Part shown: positions 21,017 through 30,355 of the stretch, piece after piece
Layout of the letters: each line of letters begins with the position of its first letter
How positions within the stretch are numbered: position 1 is the stretch's first letter
DNA from: Candidatus Bathyarchaeota archaeon
GTDB lineage: Archaea; Thermoproteota; Bathyarchaeia; Bathyarchaeales; Bathycorpusculaceae
Reading direction: 5' to 3'
DNA length: 64,000 bases
NCBI GenBank assembly: GCA_963827165.1
Contig: CAWGZR010000004.1
Coordinates: forward strand, 128,001-192,000
The notes under the pieces: generated by a model
The model's database searches: none
Told to the model about the DNA's origin: nothing
The model's input: only the letters and a program-made list of their open reading frames with translations
Translations under genes and position numbers: made by a program

Positions 21017-21128
21017 AGTCAATAAAACTACATTTTGCTCTTCCAACAAAATGAGTGAAGCCGCCAGGGGTTTCCATTTTCTATGATACCAGAAACTAAA
21101 ACATAGTGTCGACAAATACACGAAGCAT
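21017..21128 (-). pseudogene. Degraded PIN toxin remnant
   Basis: MLRVFVDT followed by a 1-nt deletion and then (N)VLVSGIIENGNP, directly after the AbrB stop. Confidence 0.6.
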
Positions 21129-21129
21129 T

Positions 21130-21462
21130 TCATGTGCCTTGCTTGGCTCTCTTCTCGCGCCTGTACGCTTGAATATCTTCTAAGATTTCTTTTTCCGTTA
21201 ATTTCTCTTTTCCTTTATTCTGTTCGTCAACTTCCTTGAAAAATTCCTTTAGACCGCTTAAAGCTGGAAGGTTGAGTTTTACTACCACTAGTTTATCATC
21301 TCTTCGGTAAACGCAGAGTTTGGTGTTTGGCGTTATTGCTAATTCTTTTCTAAGTCGTTGAGGAATAACTATCTGTCCTTTGGTTCCTACTACGGCAATT
21401 TCGGGTTCTTCGTTCATTTTCATCAACTGATTAATCGTCTGTTTAACCAGTATAACTTTCAT
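21130..21462 (-). CDS. AbrB/MazE-family DNA-binding protein (antitoxin)
   Basis: VVGTKGQIVIPQRLRKELAI. Confidence 0.85.
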   Translation of the reverse strand: MKVILVKQTINQLMKMNEEPEIAVVGTKGQIVIPQRLRKELAITPNTKLCVYRRDDKLVVVKLNLPALSGLKEFFKEVDEQNKGKEKLTEKEILEDIQAYRREKRAKQGT

Positions 21463-21554
21463 ACCGCGATGAGATAAGCTTTTCCTTTCCGATGAATTCT
21501 CTTTTCGAAAGTTTTATCTTAATGGTTCATATTCACCCAGCGAATAGTGAAACG

Positions 21555-21974
21555 ATGAACAGTGTCGGTCAGGTTCTGCTTGGCGCTTTCGCAGGCTTCA
21601 TTTTATCATTGGTGATTGGGATTCCTCTTGGAGTGCTTTTGCCTTTCATCGGCGTCTTAGTTGGCATGTTCATCGGCGGGTTTGCGGCTGGAGCCATATC
21701 AGGAGGGGTTGTCCGCGGTTTAATAGCGGGTTTGTTGGCTGGATTGCTTGGTGCAGCGGTAATCGTGGTACTTACCCTTGTTGGCGCTGCATTGCTGGGA
21801 GGATTTTTCAGCCTCATCATCCATGGCTCTTTCGGCGGCTTAGTGGGAGCAGCCATCGGAGTTATTGGCGGCGTTCTTGCAACCTTAGGAGCCATCCTAT
21901 CTGCGGTTGCAGGCCTAATTGGCGGGGCACTCACAAGAAAACGGTCGACCACCTACTACACATGGTACCCATAA
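21555..21974 (+). CDS. Gly-rich multi-pass membrane protein (DUF5518-like)
   Basis: Repeated GxxxG helices. Confidence 0.65.
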   Translation: MNSVGQVLLGAFAGFILSLVIGIPLGVLLPFIGVLVGMFIGGFAAGAISGGVVRGLIAGLLAGLLGAAVIVVLTLVGAALLGGFFSLIIHGSFGGLVGAAIGVIGGVLATLGAILSAVAGLIGGALTRKRSTTYYTWYP

Positions 21975-22153
21975 ACGTCGGGTAGCCGGTACAACTTCAA
22001 GATACAATATCAGCATTCTGATGAATACAGCAGCTGCTTCTTAATTCTTGATCGAAAAACCTCTTACGCGTCTAAAATAATGATAAGAATGCAAAAAAAA
22101 TAAAATAAACTACGGATTGACTTTGCCTTTTCTCGCTCAGTCTTAGACCATTT

Positions 22154-22315
22154 TTATCTTATGGCTTGGTCAATTTTAGATTCTCTTTTGATGCTGGTGA
22201 CTTCTTTGAATAGTTCCAGACATTCTTTCTTGCTTGGTGCCTCAACGCTTATGGCGCCGTAAGCCCCAATGTCAATGCGGTAATTCTTATCTCTGTTTTT
22301 ATTTGTACTCGTAAT
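22154..22315 (-). CDS. Small hypothetical protein (53 aa, ATT start)
   Basis: GAGGGG RBS-like sequence before ATT. Open frame ITSTNKNRDKNYRIDIGAYGAISVEAPSKKECLELFKEV...AIR*. Confidence 0.45.
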   Translation of the reverse strand: MTSTNKNRDKNYRIDIGAYGAISVEAPSKKECLELFKEVTSIKRESKIDQAIR

Positions 22316-22427
22316 CTGATCCCCCTCTTGTCCCCTCTAAAGGCTTCCGGCTATTATATCCTTAATGGCGAGCAGCCGATAGGAGGCATACCCCAACAGA
22401 TCCAAAAAAAACACTGTTGCTTGATCT

Positions 22428-23537
22428 TTATCCTCTTTTTATGTGGTATTGGTCTATTACGTCCTTGGCTTTCTCTCGTTTTTCTCTATGTGCTTCGAGG
22501 AACTTGTTGAGTTTTTCAGCTATGTCTTTTTTGCATTCGCCACAGAGCATTTCGCCGCCTCGGCATCTGCGTTCCCGCTCAGCGAGTTTGCCATGGTCTT
22601 CCTCAAAAAGGTAAAAGTAATATTGGAAAATGCTGCATACCGTTGGGTCGGCACCTTCTTTGCGCTGCTCTGCCGCAGTGCCTTTGCCTCCTGTGAACGC
22701 GTTCCAAATCTTCTTCTTGACGACGTCAGGCGGATCTATTGTGAAGATGCTGGTTTCAGGCATAGATGCACTCATTTTTCCTCCAGCGCCTAACCCAGGA
22801 AGGAAGCGGCAATGGATCTGTGCGGGTTTGTAGTAGCCGAGTTTTTGCGCTATGTCTCGGGTTACTCGCCAGTAGGGGTCTTGGTCGATTGCTGCTGGGA
22901 TGAGTGCTGGGACGTTTTCGCCTGTGAGTTTTTTGTGGATAAAGCAGGGGGCGGCTTGGATAGCGGGCCACATGACCCAGCCGATGTTGGTGCTGTCTTG
23001 GAAGCCGAAGCTGCTGCGTGCCGTGCTGTAAGTAATGCGTTTAGCCACTTCAAGTGTGATGTCGTAGAGCAAGTCGATGTCTTTGGTGTCGTAAATGATA
23101 AATGTGTTTTCAGGTTTGAAGCCGAGGGCGATTAGGTCCAAGGCGTTTTCGTAAGCAAACTTGCTTGTTTCTTTTAGGCTGGCGTCGTCGCCTATGAGGA
23201 ATTTTTCGTCGTCGGTCATTTGGAAATAGAGTCGCGTGTTGAATTTCTGCTGGATATGAAGCGTGAAAATCCACGGGACAAGGTGTCCGATGTGGACGGG
23301 TCCTGAAGGTCCTCTTCCTGTGTAGAGGACGAATTTGATGCCTCTGTCGTAGAGGTCAAGCACGACGTCGAGGTCGCGGTGGCTGAAGAAAATTTGTCTT
23401 TCAAGTTGCAGATGCAGCTTGTCAGTGTGCTTCTCGACTCTGGCGAGCAATTCGGGGGTGATTGGTTGCGTGCCGAACTCACGGATCAGTCGGTCATAGT
23501 CTACTTTGCCTTTTACTTCCCACGGAGTAACAACCAT
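22428..23537 (-). CDS. trpS: Tryptophanyl-tRNA synthetase (archaeal/eukaryotic type)
   Basis: VTPWEV, YTGRGPSG.VHIGH, AIDQDPY, KMSAS. Confidence 0.97.
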   Translation of the reverse strand: MVVTPWEVKGKVDYDRLIREFGTQPITPELLARVEKHTDKLHLQLERQIFFSHRDLDVVLDLYDRGIKFVLYTGRGPSGPVHIGHLVPWIFTLHIQQKFNTRLYFQMTDDEKFLIGDDASLKETSKFAYENALDLIALGFKPENTFIIYDTKDIDLLYDITLEVAKRITYSTARSSFGFQDSTNIGWVMWPAIQAAPCFIHKKLTGENVPALIPAAIDQDPYWRVTRDIAQKLGYYKPAQIHCRFLPGLGAGGKMSASMPETSIFTIDPPDVVKKKIWNAFTGGKGTAAEQRKEGADPTVCSIFQYYFYLFEEDHGKLAERERRCRGGEMLCGECKKDIAEKLNKFLEAHREKREKAKDVIDQYHIKRG

Positions 23538-23720
23538 TTCATTGTTGTTTTCTGCTGCGTTAGATGAAGCCGTCTTAATTCACCAGGACCTTTCCAAAAA
23601 CAGTGGCGCCTAAGTCATATATGCTTTTTCCGCAGAGCGTGGCTCCTCAGGATTAGGAAGTGTCAAAAAGTTTCCCGAAAGAGCGGGGTTTTTTCTTTTT
23701 AATACACAGTTTTGGCAGTG

Positions 23721-23825
23721 GACGGTAAAGGACGCTAGAGGACGGCTGTGGACTTTAAAGGACGGTAAAGAACGGTAAAGGACTTTAGTAGACGGTAAAG
23801 GACGGTAATGGACTTTAAAGGACGG
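23721..23825 (+). repeat. Tandem array of ~10.5 x 10 bp (consensus GACGGTAAAG)
   Basis: Visible units include gacggtaaag, gacgctagag and gactttaaag. Confidence 0.9.
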
Positions 23826-23957
23826 ATGCTGCAGATGATTCAAGCTTTTCCACAAGAAAGTAACTTAAAACACAAAGGAAAAAAAATAAAACTTTCCTTC
23901 TCTCACCACCCTTTGTGCAGCGTAAAAGCCTTAAGCCGTGATGTGCATCCAAGTTTG

Positions 23958-24020
23958 GGATGATGAGCACTAGAGTCACTGAGCCTATGCGGTGATATTG
24001 ACTCGACGGGCGAACTGACT
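23958..24020 (+). ncRNA. C/D-box guide sRNA
   Basis: Box C ATGATGA (23960), D' CTGA (23979), C'-like GTGATA (23992), box D CTGA (24015), ~60 nt, upstream TATA-like CTTAAG. Confidence 0.75.
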
Positions 24021-24036
24021 AAAACCGTTATCATAG

Positions 24037-24834
24037 ATGAAGCGGAGAATGGTGGAAAACGGCAAAATCGATTTGATCATGTGGACTTACAACAGCGCCA
24101 AGCTTCTGCCAACAGTGTTGCAACGAATTAACGAAGTTATACCCATCGAATTGGTTAATAGAAGAATCATAAGCGACGATCACAGCACTGATCAAACCGT
24201 TGAAATCTCCTGGAAGCTGGGCTGGGAAGTTCACGTTAACAAGGGTATGGGGCTACAGGACAACAAGCAGAACGCTCTTAGCCTCGTTTCGACGCCTGTA
24301 TTCGCTTGTTTTGAGCATGATGTCCTTTTGAGCCGAGACTGGTGGCGCAAAGCCTCCGAAATCATGAGGGATCCGCATGTAGGCGTCGTTCAGGGTATCC
24401 GGCTCTCCACCGAACCTAGACTACGCAAGTTGGATTCCTACGAGTATGCGAGAAGAAGCGACAAACGCAGCGTAGACAACAACCTATGCAGAACCGATGT
24501 AGTGCGGAAATTTGGTTTCGACGAATCAGGCAGCCCTGGAAGAATGAGACAAGACGGTTTTAGGTGGGCAGTCATGTGCGACGTCGTCTCCGACCACATA
24601 ACAAGAGCCAATCTGGTCGAAACCGTCCAGCATGACATGAGAATTCACATGCTTTCGCTGCCGAGCTACACAATAAGCGAGAAAGTTGGCTGCTTCAAGA
24701 TTTTCGTACACAGCCCCATCCGAGCTTTAGATGTCGTCCGAAAAACTCGAACCTACTCCATGCTAATCTTCTATCCCATTGATAGGCTAGCCATTTTCTT
24801 CGCTTATTTCACGAGAGACCGAAAAATAGAGTAA
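24037..24834 (+). CDS. Glycosyltransferase family 2
   Basis: TYNS, DDHSTDQT, EHD (DxD-like). Confidence 0.8.
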   Translation: MKRRMVENGKIDLIMWTYNSAKLLPTVLQRINEVIPIELVNRRIISDDHSTDQTVEISWKLGWEVHVNKGMGLQDNKQNALSLVSTPVFACFEHDVLLSRDWWRKASEIMRDPHVGVVQGIRLSTEPRLRKLDSYEYARRSDKRSVDNNLCRTDVVRKFGFDESGSPGRMRQDGFRWAVMCDVVSDHITRANLVETVQHDMRIHMLSLPSYTISEKVGCFKIFVHSPIRALDVVRKTRTYSMLIFYPIDRLAIFFAYFTRDRKIE

Positions 24835-24964
24835 ATCAGAATCGTTTTCATGGCTTTTCGGGGGCTGTTATCTTGTTGGGAGCGGAAAACTTATCTGTGA
24901 AGCAACTGTGAAGTGCATGATTAAACTCAAGCTTTAGGCGCACATAATCGAGGTGAATTGAAAA

Positions 24965-25264
24965 ATGGTTGAAACCAAAACTGTTGAGATGAAGGTTGAC
25001 GCATCAGAACTTAAAGGCGAAAAGCAAGACTTGATTTCGAAGCTCGCAGATTTCTTGAAGGAAAAAACAGGCGGCGAAGTATCTACAGCATCTGAGATGG
25101 TGACGATTAAGGGTCAAGGAGAAGCCCTGAGCAAGAAGTACATTCGAATAACGGTAAAGAAGTTCCTGCACAGACACGAGCTTACTGAGAGGTTTAGAGT
25201 AATCGGCGGCGAAGAAAACCTCCTGAAAGTAAAACAAAGAATAACGGGAGAAGAAGAGGACTAA
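24965..25264 (+). CDS. rpl22e: Ribosomal protein eL22 (L22e)
   Basis: LADFLKEK...LSKKYIRITVKKFLHRHELTERFRVI with an acidic tail, matching the eL22 SKRYLKYLTKKYL..LRDWLRV pattern. Confidence 0.8.
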   Translation: MVETKTVEMKVDASELKGEKQDLISKLADFLKEKTGGEVSTASEMVTIKGQGEALSKKYIRITVKKFLHRHELTERFRVIGGEENLLKVKQRITGEEED

Positions 25265-25420
25265 GCCACCTTCCCTTTTAAACAAATACAAATTTAATTT
25301 TTCTTGTCTAAAAAACGTTCAGTGTCAACTTTGTCCTACTATCTGAACACCCTGTTCTAATGCGTAGGATTAAATCAAAAAACGCCCTCTTAGCCATTAC
25401 AGCAGGCAAGGGAACAGAAC

Positions 25421-25597
25421 GTGAGCCACAAAACAATCGCGGTAAGCACAATAATCATTATTTCACTCGTAACCTTGACCGCACTTTTCATAGAAAGCTC
25501 CGCGGCGCTACAAAGCATAAACCCAGTAGCCGTATTGGCAGCGGCGACCGTCATCGTAATCGGTTTGGCTTGGTTCAAAAAAGCAAACAAATCCTAA
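25421..25597 (+). CDS. Small two-TM membrane protein (58 aa)
   Basis: GTG-start ORF MSHKTIAVSTIIIISLVTL...VIGLAWFKKANKS; below the ORF-track length cutoff. Confidence 0.5.
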   Translation: MSHKTIAVSTIIIISLVTLTALFIESSAALQSINPVAVLAAATVIVIGLAWFKKANKS

Positions 25598-25705
25598 AGA
25601 AAGAAGACCGGGTGCCTGCATTTCAGGATATTTTTGAAAGCTCACGTTTAGTCACAGCCATGAGAGCCCTAAGTCGAAATGTTTACTAAAAATGGTTAAA
25701 AACGG

Positions 25706-27901
25706 CTATTTGATTTTTAACTTCTTATAGATATAGGAAAATACTTTTTCGCCTTCCGCAACAGGTTCCTTGAACCTGACAGAAACCTCGGCTGCTGAAA
25801 GTGAAGCCCTGATTTCCCCTGCAACTCCTGATGCGGTAACAACTTTTGTTCCTACGAATTTGGAAGCAGCTTCCGAGGTGCTAAATAGACCCTTCACGGA
25901 ATATTCGTTGGCTTCTCTTTTTTGTTTTACAGTTCCTTCTTTGGTCTTTTTTGAGAAGAATTCTAATTTGCTGTTTGTTTCAGTAATTCTTCCGCCGCCG
26001 ATTATTCGAAATTCGCGGGCTTGGAGTCCAGGGTTCATCAAGAGGACTTGGTCGCCTCTTTCCGCCACGACTTGTTGTCTGAGTTCAATGTAAACTAAAC
26101 ATTTTTCAGAAGCCTTCACTGAGGTCTTCACAACGAACTTGCCTTCTTCCATGACCCCGGGCACGACGTTTCCCAGCACCTCATAAGAACCGACAAACAC
26201 GTCTACATCGCTATAGGGCGTCAACGTACGCAGATAGTATTTGTCCACTTCTAATTCGATTATTACACGGTGGGTAGAGCTTATGGAGCCTGGAGAAACT
26301 GCTACGTAACCCCTGTGAGCGTCATCAGGTTTTACGTCTTTGACGGCAACGCCCACCCTGTCTCCAGCGATAGCTTCCTCCTTGTCCTCACCGAATGACC
26401 GCAGTGAACGCACCTGACCTTTTTTGTCGATGGGTTTGATTTCAATGATATCTTTAACCTTTACTTTCCCGCGGTGTATCGTCCCTGTTAAAACAGTTCC
26501 CACTCCGACTATGGTGAATGCGTGGTCTATGGGCATCTTGAATGGACCATTCCATTGGCGAATAGGCGGACTGATAGACTCCTGTAGTGCACTTTTGAGT
26601 TCATCAATTCCTTTGCCCGTTAATCCTGAGACCTCCACGATCTTTGCGTTCTCATATGGAGTTCCTTTGAGAAGAACTGTGACTTTCTTCTTGACTTCCT
26701 CAATTCGCTCTGGAGAAGCCAAATCGACCTTGTTTATAGCAACTACAAGATTCTTTATTCCAACGTCTTTAATTATTGAGAAATGCTCCACGCTCTGAAC
26801 CTGGAGGCCGAGATCGGCGGCCACAACCAGCACAGCAGCATCAATTATGTTAGCACCCGCCACTGCATGCCTAACCAAACTGAAGTGTCCCGGCAAGTCA
26901 ACTAGAGTAGCGAGATAGGGACCTAACGTGAAAGCGGAGAAGCCCATATCCAATGTCATTCCCCGCCTGGCGGAGTCTGGTGCCTTATCCAGAGCTGCTG
27001 TCGAAGGTTTTTCAGTTAGCTGCCGGGCAAGCATTGTTTTGCCGTGGTCAACATGCCCGAACAGACCAACATGAACGGGAATGAGCCCCTTGCCCTCAGT
27101 CATAGCGTAACTTTTTGCGACTACATTGGCTTCTCTTAGGAATAATTCAACCGCGTCCACAGGCTTCGAACCGTCTTCAAGAGCCTTCTTCACCACTTCT
27201 TTTCTGATTCTTGAAAGAGAAATGCCCAAGTCCGGATTCTTGTATCGCGTCATAACCTCCATCATGGACTTTCTGGTTTCCCTTTCGATGCCTCTTGCTC
27301 TTAGTGACTTCTCGTTTTCCACAACTTTTCTGGGCTTGGACCTGATCGGTTGTTCAAGTCTCTTGAGAACTGCGGTAACAATGAGGCTTGCAATCTCTTC
27401 GATGCTTTGCTTACTTGGGTCGACAACAACAAGGGGAGTGTCCCATTTGTAATCGCCTTTTGGCGCGTCAAGTTTCTGATTGATTTCCTCAATGAGCGAT
27501 AATGGAATCGGCGATCCGCGTTCTTGATTCCATGCAATGGCTTGTTCAACGGGAGTGTCAACAAAAACTATGTCATAGTCAGAGCATAACCGTTTGGCAA
27601 TCTGCCTAAGCTCGCTCCTCATCGACTTGTAGTAGTTTAGGTCATCGCTAATTACGAGAAAACCATTCTCCAAACCGGTTGCAATAGCTTTCTCATAAAG
27701 AGTCTTGACAGATGCTTCCCGTTCAGGTTTGAATCCTTTGGAGCTATACGAGAGCATGTCCCGAAAATCGTCAGAGCTGACCACCATGGTTGAAACGTCA
27801 TGTTTGTCCTCGAGCAAGGAGGCGACGTTTTTGCAGATGGTTGTCTTTCCTGAAGAAGGCAATCCGCATAGTATAAGCAGGTAAGGAACGCTCTGTGACA
27901 C
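25706..27901 (-). CDS. selB: Fusion of L-seryl-tRNA(Sec) kinase (PSTK) and Sec-specific elongation factor SelB
   Basis: N-terminus: GLPSSGKT, DDLNYYKSMR, WDTP. C-terminus: GHVDHGKT, STAALDK, RGMTLDMGFS, DLPGH, NKVD, DHAF, RIIGGG, and an archaeal/eEFSec-like domain IV. Confidence 0.92.
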   Translation of the reverse strand: MSQSVPYLLILCGLPSSGKTTICKNVASLLEDKHDVSTMVVSSDDFRDMLSYSSKGFKPEREASVKTLYEKAIATGLENGFLVISDDLNYYKSMRSELRQIAKRLCSDYDIVFVDTPVEQAIAWNQERGSPIPLSLIEEINQKLDAPKGDYKWDTPLVVVDPSKQSIEEIASLIVTAVLKRLEQPIRSKPRKVVENEKSLRARGIERETRKSMMEVMTRYKNPDLGISLSRIRKEVVKKALEDGSKPVDAVELFLREANVVAKSYAMTEGKGLIPVHVGLFGHVDHGKTMLARQLTEKPSTAALDKAPDSARRGMTLDMGFSAFTLGPYLATLVDLPGHFSLVRHAVAGANIIDAAVLVVAADLGLQVQSVEHFSIIKDVGIKNLVVAINKVDLASPERIEEVKKKVTVLLKGTPYENAKIVEVSGLTGKGIDELKSALQESISPPIRQWNGPFKMPIDHAFTIVGVGTVLTGTIHRGKVKVKDIIEIKPIDKKGQVRSLRSFGEDKEEAIAGDRVGVAVKDVKPDDAHRGYVAVSPGSISSTHRVIIELEVDKYYLRTLTPYSDVDVFVGSYEVLGNVVPGVMEEGKFVVKTSVKASEKCLVYIELRQQVVAERGDQVLLMNPGLQAREFRIIGGGRITETNSKLEFFSKKTKEGTVKQKREANEYSVKGLFSTSEAASKFVGTKVVTASGVAGEIRASLSAAEVSVRFKEPVAEGEKVFSYIYKKLKIK

Positions 27902-28138
27902 CGTTTTCCCCTATTGTCTATCCCGTCTGGGTTTATAATGGTGTCGAACATTAGACTTTGATCATTAATTCCATAATATCATGTTGGATTTAACTCCAAG
28001 ATCCCCAAACTACCAATTTATATACGGGGAAAGACAACTCGGGAACTATACAGGAAAACCAGAAAATGTTCTCGAAGCAAGGAAACATTTCTTCTTATCT
28101 AAGGGTTGTTCTTGCCGACGGCACCAGAGGTATGTTTC

Positions 28139-29452
28139 ATGTTACCGTTTGATAAGTTAAAAGATACTATCCCAAAGAGCATACTTGAGAGAGGCCTAAC
28201 AGTGTTAGGCACAGAGTCACAGCCGATAAAACTGCTTTTCGAGCAAAGAAGAATACCCCAAGAAGGCTGGAAAGACAGCCAAATCGAAGAATTCCTGAAT
28301 TTGCTGTCTACAATGGATTCGGACAAGGACAGTAAAGCAGTTTTTGTAGGCGAAAGAGAAGGCAGGGTTGCATCCCCAGCAGTTTCAAAGCTGGCAAGTG
28401 GATTTCACCACGGGATAGGAAGGTCAGGTGACTTGACTGAAGCCCAGCCTAAGGCGGCAGGTGGATCTCTCATGTATTATTTTGCTAACAAATTAGCAAA
28501 TGACGCCATGAAAAGGTTCGGACTCCCAAACATCAAAAAGACAGTGGTCTTTCCTGTGGCAACGGGAATGACGCTTGCTCTTGTCTTATGCGCCGCAAGA
28601 AACCACGCCATGGGAAGAGAGGTGGTTTACCCACAGATTGACCATAAGACCCCTTTGAAGGCAATTCATCTTGCCGGTCTTCAAGAGAAAATAGTTAAAG
28701 GAGAAGTCGATGGAGACGCAGTAAACGTTTCCACTGAAGAGATAGAAAAAGCAGTTAATGAAAATACAGCTGCGATCCTTTCAACAACCACCTTCTTTTC
28801 ACCCAGAGAACCAGATAAAATCAAAGATATTGCAAAGATCGCAGAGAAGAAAAAAGTCCCACATATTATAAACAACTCCTTCGGAGTGCAGAGCCGCGAG
28901 ATCATGAAACTCATAAGAGGCGCAGTCGACGCAGGACGTGTGGACGCAATAATCCAAAGCACCGATAAGAATTTCCTAACCCCAGTAGGAGGAGCAATAG
29001 TCGCTTCACCCAACGAAGAATTCTTAGACGAAATATCTGAAACCTATGCAGGGAGGGCAACAGCCGCTCCCGTAGTGCAATTCCTAGCAGCTGCACTGTC
29101 GATAGGATTAGAAGGCTACGAGAAACTGAGAACCCAGCAAGAAGAAAACAAGAAGTTCCTTGAATCATCCTTGAAAGAGGTTGCAGAAAGGCATTCGCAG
29201 CGTATTCTCAACGTTTACAATCCAATATCGGTGGCTATGACACTGGAGGGAAGAAACGCCAAAAAAATAGGTCAAGCCCTCTATACGGCAAGGGTTAACG
29301 GAGCAAGAGCTTTAGAAAAAAATGATTTCGGAGTATGCTGCCCAGAATACATCTCATCTTACATCAACTTCGACGCCAGCATAGGAATACAAAAAAACGA
29401 AATCACTCTAGCAACAGAGAGGTTAGACACCGTTTTGAAGACTGCGTCGTAG
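28139..29452 (+). CDS. spcS: O-phosphoseryl-tRNA(Sec) selenium transferase (SepSecS)
   Basis: MDSD, GEREGRV, HGIGRSGDL..AQPKAAG, ATGM, QSTDKNF (PLP lysine), YAGRA. Confidence 0.95.
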   Translation: MLPFDKLKDTIPKSILERGLTVLGTESQPIKLLFEQRRIPQEGWKDSQIEEFLNLLSTMDSDKDSKAVFVGEREGRVASPAVSKLASGFHHGIGRSGDLTEAQPKAAGGSLMYYFANKLANDAMKRFGLPNIKKTVVFPVATGMTLALVLCAARNHAMGREVVYPQIDHKTPLKAIHLAGLQEKIVKGEVDGDAVNVSTEEIEKAVNENTAAILSTTTFFSPREPDKIKDIAKIAEKKKVPHIINNSFGVQSREIMKLIRGAVDAGRVDAIIQSTDKNFLTPVGGAIVASPNEEFLDEISETYAGRATAAPVVQFLAAALSIGLEGYEKLRTQQEENKKFLESSLKEVAERHSQRILNVYNPISVAMTLEGRNAKKIGQALYTARVNGARALEKNDFGVCCPEYISSYINFDASIGIQKNEITLATERLDTVLKTAS

Positions 29453-29542
29453 TGGCGGCGTCCAAGGGGAATCGGACCCCGAGACCTTGCGGGCTCACCG
29501 GATTTGAAGTCCGATGCTAGGACCACCTAGCCGTGGGACGCC
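29453..29542 (-). tRNA. selC: tRNA-Sec(TCA)
   Basis: 9-bp acceptor stem (one mismatch), 6-bp D stem GCTAGG/CCTAGC, CT-TCA-AA loop, long variable arm, 4-bp T stem, G73 and encoded CCA. Confidence 0.95.
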
Positions 29543-29725
29543 CTCAACGATGTTCGACAGTTGAATAATTTGTCTCGAAGCGCGATTTCTGTATTCACTC
29601 GGCAAAATAAACATATTCCGCCCTGAACACCCTAGACTAAGCTTGTGCAACATGCATTTTGACGTATCTTTCCGAGTTTTCATCTTGTTTTTGACAATGA
29701 CATATTCAAACGCCCATGTCTTTTA

Positions 29726-30244
29726 GTGAACTTGAAGCAATTTTCCATCATTTTATTAAGCTACAGCCACAATGTTCTTGCGGGACGGATTAGCTTGGCT
29801 ATTTTGTTTAAAGTCTCAAAATACGTTGTGGCTCTTTTAGTGGCAGGTGGGCTCGCGTGGCTTATTGCAGGATTGTTCTTTGGAGGATCGGTTGCGATCT
29901 CTTATTTTTCAAGTGGTTCTCTCGCGAACGCAGGCATCGCGACTCCTGGCTATCCAGCCGGTGCTGTGCGCCAACTTGCTTGGGACCAATTTTATATCAA
30001 CCTTTATTCCGCAGTAATCGGGTTGTTCGCAATCATCATTGGTCTCACCGCGTTCAGACAAGGGGAAAAATGGGCGTGGTATGCAATATTGGTCCTTGTC
30101 CTAAACGGGTTGATTACAAGCGTCTTTGATTATTTGAGCTGGGGAGGTTGGTACACTGTATTCGCTACTTCTTTACCGATGCTTCTTGCTTTGTTGTTTT
30201 CTGCCAAGAGCTTCTTCTCAGCTGCACGCCAAACGTTAAATTGA
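29726..30244 (+). CDS. Hypothetical four-TM membrane protein
   Basis: Hydrophobic helices and AFRQGEKWAW. Start position uncertain. Confidence 0.65.
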   Translation: MNLKQFSIILLSYSHNVLAGRISLAILFKVSKYVVALLVAGGLAWLIAGLFFGGSVAISYFSSGSLANAGIATPGYPAGAVRQLAWDQFYINLYSAVIGLFAIIIGLTAFRQGEKWAWYAILVLVLNGLITSVFDYLSWGGWYTVFATSLPMLLALLFSAKSFFSAARQTLN

Positions 30245-30355
30245 TTGACGGGTTAATTACGAATTTAGTGAGCATACTGTGTGCTCCCAGGCAAATAGCA
30301 AGCGCCAGCATCATAACCTCGCCTAACGGTAAAGGCTAAGGAACAAATTCTTTTG

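Noticed and set aside
23610-23855. ORF with 10-aa repeats, or a CRISPR array
   Set aside because: The peptide periodicity is a by-product of the 10-bp DNA repeat. There are no unique spacers and no cas genes.
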